The notes beneath the pieces are model-generated. The model made no database searches, was not told where the DNA came from, and saw only the letters and a list, made by a program, of their open reading frames with translations. A stretch of 64,000 bases of DNA from Candidatus Rifleibacteriota bacterium (GTDB lineage Bacteria; Muiribacteriota; Ozemobacteria; Ozemobacterales; Ozemobacteraceae). Position numbers and translations under genes: made by a program. Location of the stretch: the NCBI GenBank assembly GCA_012520995.1, contig JAAYNI010000033.1, forward strand, positions 128,826-192,825. The letters are read 5' to 3'. Positions 39,029 to 48,148 of the stretch are shown here, one piece after another (positions within the stretch are counted from its first letter, which is position 1; each line of letters starts with the position of its first letter).

Positions 39029-39904
39029 TTAGTTTGAAGGTGAGGGAAGAGCTTCTCTGATGCGTGAAAAAATGTTGCGGTAAATAAATTTTTTGTTCCC
39101 TGCTTCAATTAAGTCTCCGTCTTCTAGGATTCTAAATCTCAGGTTTTTTTTGTTAACGCATAATTGTGTTTCGCCGAGTGATTCCAGTTGATGAACGCCG
39201 TTGTCAAAGACTATGCGGAAAAGCTCCTTAGTATCATTTTCGCTTTGTTTTGGAAGACTCAATTCACATTCATTTGAATATCCGGCTGTAAAGAATTTGC
39301 TGTCTAAGTAATAGCGGGCAGGAAATTTTTTATCATCGTCTTCATCGAGCCAAGCCGACTTTAAAAGCTCTTGGGCTAGTGCCGCGGCTATTCCTGCGAA
39401 AAGTCCAGTAAGGATAAAAACAGCGGCATAATGGCTGTTTTTGAGAAGAAATTTTTCAGCAATTGTGGACGAACAAAATAAGGCGGGCAGGAGACCCAAA
39501 AATAACTTCACAGCGTAAACAAGACTGCCTCGCAAAGAACCTAAAGCAACTGCTATAGCTGATGCAATAGCTATTTGAAGAAGAAGCTTTTCCAAGATGG
39601 GAGGCAGGAAAACCGTTGTCATTGCGTATATGGTTTCGAAAAATATTGTTAGAGAGAGACCTGCGACTGTGCCATATAGGAAAAGAGACAAGGCTTTTCT
39701 GTATCTTCCCTCGTAAAGAAAAGCTTGAAGAGCCAATGAAGCTCCGCAAAAGAAACCAGCGAAAAGTCCTGTGGCTACAATTGATACATAGAGGCTGCCG
39801 GAGAGATCCCAAGTGTTGCCGACACTGGCAGGAATAAGAAGCCATGCTCCCCATCCTGCCATAGTGCCTGCTATGGCATGTTGAAATATGTAAAAAAAGT
39901 TCAA
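39029..39904 (-). CDS. Multi-TM membrane protein with C-terminal degenerate FHA-like domain
   Basis: About 6 Gly-rich TMs, LKSAWL linker, then ...VNKK...LEDGDLIEAG FHA-type end. Confidence 0.7.
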   Translation of the reverse strand: MNFFYIFQHAIAGTMAGWGAWLLIPASVGNTWDLSGSLYVSIVATGLFAGFFCGASLALQAFLYEGRYRKALSLFLYGTVAGLSLTIFFETIYAMTTVFLPPILEKLLLQIAIASAIAVALGSLRGSLVYAVKLFLGLLPALFCSSTIAEKFLLKNSHYAAVFILTGLFAGIAAALAQELLKSAWLDEDDDKKFPARYYLDSKFFTAGYSNECELSLPKQSENDTKELFRIVFDNGVHQLESLGETQLCVNKKNLRFRILEDGDLIEAGNKKFIYRNIFSRIREALPSPSN

Positions 39905-39961
39905 AATATACTAGTAGTCTGTTGCGCCTAAAACTTTATTATCGGATACAATTTTTTCTGT

Positions 39962-40154
39962 CCACAGATGGACACAGATTCACACAGATGAGGGCAAAAT
40001 TGGGCAAAAATTGCATTCTGCTGCCGCATAATCACAATTTTTGCTCTAGCCTCTAATTGAGGACAGATGGTGATGATCGATGCAAGAGTGTGGCTAAATA
40101 ATTCAATCCGCCACCCGCCACGGTGCTTTTCTGTCCACTGAGCACTGTTCACTG
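39962..40154. repeat. Intergenic short-repeat patch (decamers and heptamers)
   Basis: ccacagatgg-acacagattc-acacagatga (39962-39991), gggcaaaatt twice (second copy has an extra A), tccactg-agcactg-ttcactg (40134-40154). Confidence 0.7.
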
Positions 40155-40155
40155 T

Positions 40156-40182
40156 TTTTATGCAAGTAAAACTTGCGTAAAA
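40156..40182 (-). terminator. Hairpin immediately after AAA ATPase stop
   Basis: ttttatgcaagt-aaa-acttgcgtaaaa. Confidence 0.55.
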
Positions 40183-40184
40183 GC

Positions 40185-41477
40185 TTAGACGAGAGGCTGA
40201 TCTACAAGAGTTAAATCTGAAACAAAGTAAATGTCGAAAGCTTCCTGTATTTCTTCTTGTGTGACAGCAAGATTTTCATCTTCCAGGTATTTCTTTCGGT
40301 CTCTGACGATGTTCAGCAAGTCGCGGGGATGAACAGCTCTTAAGCCCCTATTGGATTTTTTGTATAGTCCGAACAGGTACTCCAAAGTTTGCTCACTGCA
40401 ATTCATGCCCAGTTTATAGCATTCGGCATTCCAGATCTGAGTGAATTCATCAGGTTTAGGATTTCTGACGTTGATCTTGTAAGGCAATCTTCTTAAAAAG
40501 GCATCGTCAGCAATTTTGGTCGGATCTAAGTTGGTGCTGAACAAAATGATTTCATCCGTGAAAACTTCCATTCGCTGCCCGCCCATTACCAAAAAGTCTA
40601 TTTTGTTTTCCAAAGGAACAATAAAGCGGTTGAATATGTCTTCCGGAGAGCATCTTTGTCTGCCCAAGTCGTCTATCAGAAGCACTCCGCCTGTGGCCTT
40701 GACCTGTGGAGGAGCGTCAAAACACTCATATCTCTTGTTGAACTTGACTTCGAGATCCTCAAGAGTTAGTTCGCCGGCAGCTGTGATGAAAGGCGGATGG
40801 ATTATAGCCCATCTTTCGTCAAGCCCTTCCATATCGGCTTCTTCATAAATTTTATGGCAGCTGGGGTCAAAGATTCTGACTAATTGTCCGCCTACTTCAA
40901 CCGCATAGGGAATAGCCATTACGGGTAAAAGTTTTACAACTGAGCTGCAAAGAAATGTTTTACCGTTTCCTGGAAAACCGTAAACAAAAGCAGGTTTTCT
41001 TGCGCAAACTGCTTGTCCAAGTTGGAAGAGGACATCTTGATAACCGAGATGGTTAGCAAATTTTGCTTCCATAAGTTCGGCATTTATAGCTGAAGCATTT
41101 TTAACAAGTTCCAATACTTCTTTGGTGATATTGGTATAGTCCTCAAAGCTTACAGGCAAAACCCCATAATAGCCGTCTCTCTCAAGAAGGTCTCTTGCTC
41201 TTTCGGCACCTTTCGGATAAAGGGAATATTGATAATCAGAGCCGAAACCGGTGCCGCCGACCATAGCAACAAGTTCTTGCTTTTTGAGGTCATTTACTAC
41301 TTGTTGAACCAAGTCTTCGCTGATTTTCAATCTTTTTGCGATTTGGCGGGGAGTATCTTTGGTTCTGGCATATAGTTCTTTTATTACCTGATTTTTGATG
41401 ATATCCACATCTATGTTAAGTTCGTAAAGGTTGGTTGCCTGACGTGGAAGAATTTTTTGCAATCTCTTTATCAGCAT
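40185..41477 (-). CDS. AAA+ ATPase with N-terminal winged-helix-like region
   Basis: Walker A GFPGNGKT, Walker B LLIDDLGRQ, FSTNLDP, DAFLRR, PRDL. Confidence 0.85.
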   Translation of the reverse strand: MLIKRLQKILPRQATNLYELNIDVDIIKNQVIKELYARTKDTPRQIAKRLKISEDLVQQVVNDLKKQELVAMVGGTGFGSDYQYSLYPKGAERARDLLERDGYYGVLPVSFEDYTNITKEVLELVKNASAINAELMEAKFANHLGYQDVLFQLGQAVCARKPAFVYGFPGNGKTFLCSSVVKLLPVMAIPYAVEVGGQLVRIFDPSCHKIYEEADMEGLDERWAIIHPPFITAAGELTLEDLEVKFNKRYECFDAPPQVKATGGVLLIDDLGRQRCSPEDIFNRFIVPLENKIDFLVMGGQRMEVFTDEIILFSTNLDPTKIADDAFLRRLPYKINVRNPKPDEFTQIWNAECYKLGMNCSEQTLEYLFGLYKKSNRGLRAVHPRDLLNIVRDRKKYLEDENLAVTQEEIQEAFDIYFVSDLTLVDQPLV

Positions 41478-41549
41478 ATATCTCTCCTGCTATTAACTTA
41501 ATGTTTAGTATATATCAGTTTTTGCTTTCATGAGCAATAAGAGCTATAC

Positions 41550-41578
41550 TTGTTAATTTTTTCTCGGCGTATTAGAAT
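41550..41578 (+). promoter_or_regulatory. sigma70 promoter of hyp-hyp-csaB-asd-LPS operon
   Basis: TTGTTA-17 nt-TAGAAT. Confidence 0.6.
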
Positions 41579-41609
41579 AACGCAAGCTTAATCTAGGAGA
41601 TTTGCACCC

Positions 41610-42341
41610 GTGATTGAAGAAATCGAAGTGGCAGGAACCTCACTTAACGTCAAGTGTTTGACGTTTTCTACGGACTCGCCCCAAGATACACTAAAAGAAC
41701 TTTATGAGCATTGCCCGGCATTTGATCCTGCAAGAGAAATTGCTGGCTTCCATGATTGTGATTTTAATGATCGAATTGTCAGAGGCGCATATTCGGTCGT
41801 AATACCCTTCGAAGTAGAGCATCTGGTTGATACCATTACTACCAAGACTCTCTTTAAGCGCATAGAGACTTGCGAGTTTGTAATTACGCCTGTATTTACA
41901 GCCGTTTACGGAAAAAATTCTGCTGCTCGCCTTTTTATACAAGCTGTAACCTCCATGGCAGGTGTAAACGCTGGTCTCAGAGAGTTTCAGTTTGAAGATC
42001 TTGACCGCTTACAGGAAAGAATGACAATTATAAAGACAGTTGTTCTTGTTAATCCCAAAGATAAAGAAATCAGCAGAGCAAGGCTTTCCGGCCATATGGA
42101 AAGCTATACGGAATACAATATTATAGATCCTCAAAATCATGATATTGACAGCATTTCAGGAGTTATAGAAACTCCGCTGGGAACAATGGGAATAGCTGTT
42201 GGCAAAAAAGGCAACTTCAGACTTTCAGTCAAAAAGGATTTTATTATGACTGCAGAATGTCTGGAGTGGATTTATGCTTTAATTACTGAGGAGCGTCTTC
42301 CTGAAATAAAAAGTATTAGGGATGCAGAATTTCATGTTTAA
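41610..42341 (+). CDS. Hypothetical cytoplasmic protein
   Basis: AGGAG RBS, GTG start, 243-aa alpha/beta-looking ORF. Confidence 0.75.
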   Translation: MIEEIEVAGTSLNVKCLTFSTDSPQDTLKELYEHCPAFDPAREIAGFHDCDFNDRIVRGAYSVVIPFEVEHLVDTITTKTLFKRIETCEFVITPVFTAVYGKNSAARLFIQAVTSMAGVNAGLREFQFEDLDRLQERMTIIKTVVLVNPKDKEISRARLSGHMESYTEYNIIDPQNHDIDSISGVIETPLGTMGIAVGKKGNFRLSVKKDFIMTAECLEWIYALITEERLPEIKSIRDAEFHV

Positions 42342-42825
42342 TAACCTAAAACTTTACAAGAGCAAGAGACAAGATTCTAAATTCGCTTTTTGTATAACAG
42401 AGGAAATAAATTTAACTGTTTTCCATGCAGCATGCTTTATTCTCACAGTGCTTCTATTTCTTCTTCCTGCAAGTCTATTTGCTTCTCCCTCACCAGGCTC
42501 GCCTTCAGACCCCTTGGTTGCCAAAAGCTATTTGGATCATCTTACTTTGTTCAGGCTGGAAACTTTTTCTGCGGGCTCCTCTCTGACAGCACCGCGTGGC
42601 GGTTCGGTAATAGCTGTTTCAGGAGAAATAAGGATTTCATTTGGCGACAGCAATGGGGTAGCGGTAGATGTTACAGCAGGCAAAAGAATTGCGGAGGGGG
42701 GAATTCTTCCGCAAAATCATCTTGTAATTATTTCTTCAGCATCGTCTTGTGTTTTGACTGTGCGAGCAAACTCTTCAATTATGTTGAAAGGCATATTCGA
42801 TATAAATAATTCTTCTGGCAGATGA
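42334..42825 (+). CDS. Conserved exported hypothetical protein (PGSxxDPLVxKSY family)
   Basis: Hydrophobic signal, PGSPSDPLVAKSYLD, DVTAG...PQNHL motifs as recalled from Clostridia-type hypotheticals; start uncertain. Confidence 0.65.
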   Translation: MFNNLKLYKSKRQDSKFAFCITEEINLTVFHAACFILTVLLFLLPASLFASPSPGSPSDPLVAKSYLDHLTLFRLETFSAGSSLTAPRGGSVIAVSGEIRISFGDSNGVAVDVTAGKRIAEGGILPQNHLVIISSASSCVLTVRANSSIMLKGIFDINNSSGR

Positions 42826-45800
42826 AACAAGAACAACAGCACTCTCTTGAACAAAGAACAGTAAATTTGCAACAACTGAAGATTTTTTTCCAAAAGGGCG
42901 GCAGATATCTTTTGGCATTTGTTTTGTTGTTTGGCTTTTTGCTGGCTTTTTGGCGTTCCCATTTACGCATAGTTTCTGAATCTGCTAATAAATATTTCGA
43001 AACAGTGGCCGATTATACTCCGCTTTTACAAGCTGCTCAGAAAGAAGGCTATTCAGAGGCGACTTTAATAGCAGCCTTGAAAAATGCTGGTGTTACCTCT
43101 GTTTTACTGCGTGAAGATACCATAGCTTCTCTTGAAAACATGGGAAAACTTCGGCTTTTTAAAGTTGCCGACCTGAAAGCTCTTCCTTACATAGGTTCGC
43201 GAAAAGAAATCAATTTGCCAAGCGGTTGGAATTCCGGAATTTGTATATACTCAAAAGATCATGCTTTGCTCAGACGTATAGAAAAGCGTCTTTTGATTTT
43301 AAAAGATCGCTTTGCTCTGAAAACAGCTCGAACTGATACAGACACTCTTTTTGTAAACAGGTTTGACAAACTTTTTATGGAAGATATTGGCTTGGGTTTT
43401 TCAGCCAGGCTTTTTAAAGAGTTGGAAAACGCAGGTTTGGGAGTTTATTTAGAACTCTTTGGTTATAATGAAATGACCAAAGAAGAAGTTGCCGCTTCTT
43501 TAGAAGCCATTCCAGACTCTGTGCAAATTAGAGGTTTTTTTGCACAAGAAAAAGAGATCTTTGCTCATGACGGGGCTTTAGATGAACTGAAAGAACGCAT
43601 TGCGAAAAACAGATGGATTATTTGTACTCTGGAGTTTCAAACTTATAGAGGTATGCAAAGATACTATAAAGAGTTAGGAGCTTCGGCTTACTTTCGAAAA
43701 GCTCACTCTATAAAACCGGCTGAAATGAGGCTGGTGTATACTCCGAAAAGAGCTCTTGAGCGAATGGTGAGGGCTGCCAAGGAGCGTTCTTTGAGAATAT
43801 TGCTTCTAAGAAGCTTCGAAACTGAGAATGTTTTCAACGCTAAGGATATGACAGCTGTGAATCTTGATTGGTTCAAATCAGTTTCTGATGCTTGCAGAGC
43901 GTGGGGACTAGAGCCTTTGCCTTATGGCGAACCTCTTGAAGCCTATTCTCGCTTGAGTATTAAGACTATATCCGAACCTTCGGGTTGGCAACTTTACTTT
44001 ATAGCATTGGCATTATTCTCTTCTTGTTTTGTGGTTGCTTTTATGCTTTTTGGAGCTTTGCCGGATCTGTGGGTTATGATTGCTTTTCTGCTCTTTGTAG
44101 CTTTATTGCAAGCTTTTATGCCGCCTGCTTTTTTGATTTCTTCAGCTTCTCTTACAGGTGCTATACTTTATGCGGTGGCAGCCTTTCTCTCTATATTCAA
44201 AGTTTTCGGAATTAATCGCCTTTCTAACGGTTTGCTTAAAGCGGCTGCAGCTTCTGTTGTTATGGCTGGTATAGCTCTTTTTGGCGGAATTCTTATCGCA
44301 GGCATTTCTTCTTCAGCTTTCTATCTTAACGGTTTTATCCAGTTTAGAGGGGTTAAGGCGGCCTTGCTTTTTCCAGTCTTTTTTGCTTTTTTATATAGTC
44401 TCATAAAATACGGCAAGGGATTTGGAAGATTTGTAAGAGGGCCTGTGACCTTTCAAACTCTTTTTCTTGTCTTCATAATGCTTCTGTTTTTAGTTGTTTA
44501 TGTTGGACGTTCCGGCAATTTTAACTTTTTGAATTCCTCTGCGTTGGAAGATTCTTTCCGAGTTTTCCTAGAAGATACGCTTGTTGCTAGACCTCGCACC
44601 AAAGAGTTTCTTATAGGGTATCCTGCTGTTTTCCTATTTCTTTTTTTTGCTCTTAGGAAAATAGATATCCTGCTTCCATTATTAGCGGTTCTGATGCAAA
44701 TGGCTGCAGTTTCGCTTGTAAATACCATGTGCCATTTTCACTCTCCTTTGCTTTTGAGTTTTTTAAGAGTTTTTAATGGCTTGTGGACAGGTATTTCTGT
44801 AGGAATTCTTGTTTTTATTTCCGCCTGTATTCTTAGCTTTTTGGCCGGATTAGTGGGCAAAAAGGAAAAAGCTGTGTTTTTGTTGGGCTACTTTGGCTTT
44901 GGCAACTATGGCGATGAGCTTTTAAGGACAACTTTTATCAAAAAGTTTCAGAGTCGCATGCCTGATTATACAATATATGTTTTGACAGCATCTAAAGAAG
45001 AATCTAATGAGCCTGGAGTAATTTTTCTTAGACGACGATCATTTGTTCTTCCAAAGTTGGTTTCTTGTCAGGCCTTAATAGTGCCTGGCGGCGGTGTTTT
45101 CCAGTCATCCACTTCTTTAAGAAGTCTGGCTTATTACCTTTTTTTCCTAAGCATGGCCAGAATTGCTGGCGTTAAGGTGTTTTTGCCGGCTCAAGGCCTT
45201 GGTCCTTTTAAGAACGGTATAGCGGGTGCTCTTCTCAAATCTGCTTTGGAAGCTGAGCTCGTTGATGCCGAATATCTTTCCTTGAGAGACTTGGCTTCCA
45301 AAAAACAGCTCCCGGAAATCTTGGCAAACAGAAATTTGGAAGTTGTTACAGATCTTTTCTTTTGGGGTGCGGATGTTTCTGAGACTCAAATTAAACCTCC
45401 TGGCAATCTGCTGAAAACCTATGTTGTTTTGCGAGCCTCTGTTCCTGGTGTTTTAAAGATGGCGAAAGAGATTTTGGCTTTGGGCGAAACTTTTGAGAAT
45501 ATAAAGATAATTCCTCTTGTTTTCAGTGATCCTGAGGATACTAAACTTTGGAAAGAAGCAGGTTTTAAAGGTGAACTGATAAGCATTTATGACAGTCCTC
45601 TTATGTTTGAGGAGGCAGATATAATCATAAGTATGAGATTGCATGGAGCTATTATGGCTACTGCTGCCTGCATACCTTGGATTGGCATAAACTATGATCC
45701 AAAGGTTAAGGGATTCGCTGACTCAGTTTCATGGAGTGAATTTGTAAAGACTCCTGAAGAGTTTGATTCCCGCTGGCTTGTTGAGCAACTTAATTTGTTG

Positions 45801-45947
45801 GCCATTGATAGAACTTATTATTCTGCTAAACTCTATGAGGAATCCATGCGGCTTAAAAAAATAGCAGAGCGCGATTTTGAAGCTTTTATAGGCAGTTTTG
45901 AACGCTTGTGTGAAAACGCAACTCAGAAGGAGTTGGAAAATGCTTAA
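42822..45947 (+). CDS. csaB: DUF5693-like membrane protein fused to CsaB polysaccharide pyruvyltransferase
   Basis: N part: RAAKERSLR, FRGVK, GRSGN, ARPRTKEFLIGYP, NTMCHFHSP. C part: GYFGFGNYGDE, GGGVFQSSTSLRSLAYY, AQGLGP, LRD, MRLHG, YDPKV. Confidence 0.85.
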   Translation: MKQEQQHSLEQRTVNLQQLKIFFQKGGRYLLAFVLLFGFLLAFWRSHLRIVSESANKYFETVADYTPLLQAAQKEGYSEATLIAALKNAGVTSVLLREDTIASLENMGKLRLFKVADLKALPYIGSRKEINLPSGWNSGICIYSKDHALLRRIEKRLLILKDRFALKTARTDTDTLFVNRFDKLFMEDIGLGFSARLFKELENAGLGVYLELFGYNEMTKEEVAASLEAIPDSVQIRGFFAQEKEIFAHDGALDELKERIAKNRWIICTLEFQTYRGMQRYYKELGASAYFRKAHSIKPAEMRLVYTPKRALERMVRAAKERSLRILLLRSFETENVFNAKDMTAVNLDWFKSVSDACRAWGLEPLPYGEPLEAYSRLSIKTISEPSGWQLYFIALALFSSCFVVAFMLFGALPDLWVMIAFLLFVALLQAFMPPAFLISSASLTGAILYAVAAFLSIFKVFGINRLSNGLLKAAAASVVMAGIALFGGILIAGISSSAFYLNGFIQFRGVKAALLFPVFFAFLYSLIKYGKGFGRFVRGPVTFQTLFLVFIMLLFLVVYVGRSGNFNFLNSSALEDSFRVFLEDTLVARPRTKEFLIGYPAVFLFLFFALRKIDILLPLLAVLMQMAAVSLVNTMCHFHSPLLLSFLRVFNGLWTGISVGILVFISACILSFLAGLVGKKEKAVFLLGYFGFGNYGDELLRTTFIKKFQSRMPDYTIYVLTASKEESNEPGVIFLRRRSFVLPKLVSCQALIVPGGGVFQSSTSLRSLAYYLFFLSMARIAGVKVFLPAQGLGPFKNGIAGALLKSALEAELVDAEYLSLRDLASKKQLPEILANRNLEVVTDLFFWGADVSETQIKPPGNLLKTYVVLRASVPGVLKMAKEILALGETFENIKIIPLVFSDPEDTKLWKEAGFKGELISIYDSPLMFEEADIIISMRLHGAIMATAACIPWIGINYDPKVKGFADSVSWSEFVKTPEEFDSRWLVEQLNLLAIDRTYYSAKLYEESMRLKKIAERDFEAFIGSFERLCENATQKELENA

Positions 45948-46959
45948 AACTGGAAGTCTTGGAATAGTAGGAGCTACGGGAGCTGCCGGCTCAAAAATTT
46001 TGGAGATTCTTCAGGAAGAAAATATCAAACCCAGTGATTTGCGTCTTTTTGCCTCTGAAAAGAGTGCTGGCAAGCAAATAACTTTCGCAGACAAGATCTA
46101 TGAAGTTGAAAATCTTCAAACAGCAGACTTTAAAGGTTTGAATACAATTTTTTTTGCTGCAGGTTCAAGTATAAGCAAAGACTATGCTCTTAAAGCTGTT
46201 TCCTGTGGCGCTGCTGTTATAGACAATTCCAGTGCTTATCGTGCTGACCCGAAAGTTCCTCTCGTGGTTCCCGAGATTAACTTCAATGAGGTTAATGCTT
46301 CTACAAGACTCATAGCTAACCCAAACTGTTCGACTATACAATTGGTGATGGCAATAGCGCCTCTTCACAGAATAAATCCTGTAAAGCGCTTGGTTGTCAC
46401 TACCATGCAGTCAGTTTCAGGCACAGGTTTCAAAGGTGTGGAAGAGCTGAAAAAACAAGTATCTCAGACACTCAAAGGTGTTTATCCTGAGCCTGAGATA
46501 TATCCTCATGTTATAGCTTTCAATCTGATACCGGAAATAGATGCTTTTAACCCTGAAACAGACATGTTTAAAGAGGAAGAAAAAATAATCTTTGAAACTA
46601 ATAAAATCCTTGCTTCTGATATAAAAATATCCGCGACAGCAGTAAGAGTTCCTGTTTATTCATCTCATAGCGAAAGTGTAAATTTGCAATTTGAGAAACC
46701 TTTTTCAGCAGATGAAGCAAGATATGTTTTATCAAATGCGGAGGGGATAAGTGTTATAGATGCTCCCCGCAACTCTCTTTATCCGACTCCTTTAGACTGT
46801 GCTGGCTCAAATAAGGTGTTTGTGGGCAGAATAAGAGATGATTTGAGTGCTCCTAATTCTCTCAATATGTGGGTTGTATCAGACAACTTGAGGAAGGGAG
46901 CTGCTTGGAATGCAGTTCAAATCTATATGAGGCTTATTTCAAGCGGCTATACTTCGTAA
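45940..46959 (+). CDS. asd: Aspartate-semialdehyde dehydrogenase
   Basis: VGATGAAG, DNSSAYR, ANPNCSTIQ, QSVSGTG, VRVPV, DNLRKGAA. Confidence 0.96.
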   Translation: MLKTGSLGIVGATGAAGSKILEILQEENIKPSDLRLFASEKSAGKQITFADKIYEVENLQTADFKGLNTIFFAAGSSISKDYALKAVSCGAAVIDNSSAYRADPKVPLVVPEINFNEVNASTRLIANPNCSTIQLVMAIAPLHRINPVKRLVVTTMQSVSGTGFKGVEELKKQVSQTLKGVYPEPEIYPHVIAFNLIPEIDAFNPETDMFKEEEKIIFETNKILASDIKISATAVRVPVYSSHSESVNLQFEKPFSADEARYVLSNAEGISVIDAPRNSLYPTPLDCAGSNKVFVGRIRDDLSAPNSLNMWVVSDNLRKGAAWNAVQIYMRLISSGYTS

Positions 46960-46978
46960 AATAAATGGAGACGAACCT

Positions 46979-48148
46979 ATGACTTATAAAATAAGCGTGC
47001 AAAGATGCTTCTCTTACGAACAGGAAGAGGTTAGAGAGGCTTTAATTAAAATGCTTGAGCCCCTGGGAGGCATGGAATCCTACGTTAAAAAAGGAGCCAA
47101 AGTTCTGGTCAAGCCGAATATGCTTTCCCGTAAAGACCCGAGCAGAGCTGCTACGACTCACCCTTCGATTATAGCCGAGGTCGTGAAACTCTGTTATGCC
47201 GCTGGGGCATCTCATGTGAAAGTGGGCGATAGTCCCCCCGAAATTTTCGGATTGGCAGAGGACTTTTGGAAAATTACCGGATTTAAGAAGGCTTGTGAAG
47301 ATTCGGGAGCAGAACTTATTGAGTTTGAAAAAGATGAAAAAGTTCCAGTGACCTTTAGAACCGGCGGAAAAGAAGTGACGGCTTATGTCGTTAAAAGTCT
47401 TTTTGAAGCTGATTGTGTCATAAATCTTCCTAAGATGAAAACCCACAATCTTACTCGAATAACAGGAGCCACTAAAAATTTGTTCGGTTTGATTCCGGGG
47501 TTTGCAAAAGGAATGTGGCACAAGGCTATTCCTCGTGCAGAACAGTTTGCGGAGTTTATAGCGGATTACGCAAGAGAGTTGCCCATCACTCTTAGCATAA
47601 TGGATGCGATAGAAGCTATGGATTCCCAAGGACCAGCTAGCGGCAGAGTTGTCAGGCCAGGCCTTTTATACGGCGGAGCTCCTGTTACAGCAGTAGACTA
47701 CGCTTTTTGCAAAATAGCCGGTTTGAATCCAGCCAAGGTGCACATGTTGGACTATACGGCCAAGATCGGTTTTGGTCCTTCAAGCATGGATGATATAGAA
47801 TTTGTGGGCATTCCTATAGAGGAAGCTGTTATGGAAGAATACAAAGTGCCTATGGCGTCGCCTATGCACCTGATTCCGGAATGGGTTCTGAATATTGCCA
47901 AAAAACTTTTGTGGACAGGCCCTGTTTTGAAAGAGGGCAAATGTGTGAAATGCGGCAGATGTAAAAAAATATGCCCAGTGCATGCTATTGAAATAACTCA
48001 AGCTGACGGTGCTCTTTTCGACAGAGAAAAGTGCATTTCCTGTTTCTGTTGTATGGAAGTTTGCCCAGCAGAGGCTATAGAGGCTCAACCTAGTCCTGCT
48101 GTTACAGTTTTTGTTAAACTTGTTAAAAGGCTCTTGAGATATAAATGA
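46979..48148 (+). CDS. DUF362 domain protein with 2x[4Fe-4S] ferredoxin domain
   Basis: VKPN, TTHP, NLPKMKTH, KNLFG; CVKCGRCKKICP and CISCFCCMEVCP. Confidence 0.9.
   Translation: MTYKISVQRCFSYEQEEVREALIKMLEPLGGMESYVKKGAKVLVKPNMLSRKDPSRAATTHPSIIAEVVKLCYAAGASHVKVGDSPPEIFGLAEDFWKITGFKKACEDSGAELIEFEKDEKVPVTFRTGGKEVTAYVVKSLFEADCVINLPKMKTHNLTRITGATKNLFGLIPGFAKGMWHKAIPRAEQFAEFIADYARELPITLSIMDAIEAMDSQGPASGRVVRPGLLYGGAPVTAVDYAFCKIAGLNPAKVHMLDYTAKIGFGPSSMDDIEFVGIPIEEAVMEEYKVPMASPMHLIPEWVLNIAKKLLWTGPVLKEGKCVKCGRCKKICPVHAIEITQADGALFDREKCISCFCCMEVCPAEAIEAQPSPAVTVFVKLVKRLLRYK

Noticed and set aside
39962..39991. Possible CRISPR array
   Set aside because: Repeats are 10 nt and contiguous, with no spacers and no cas genes.
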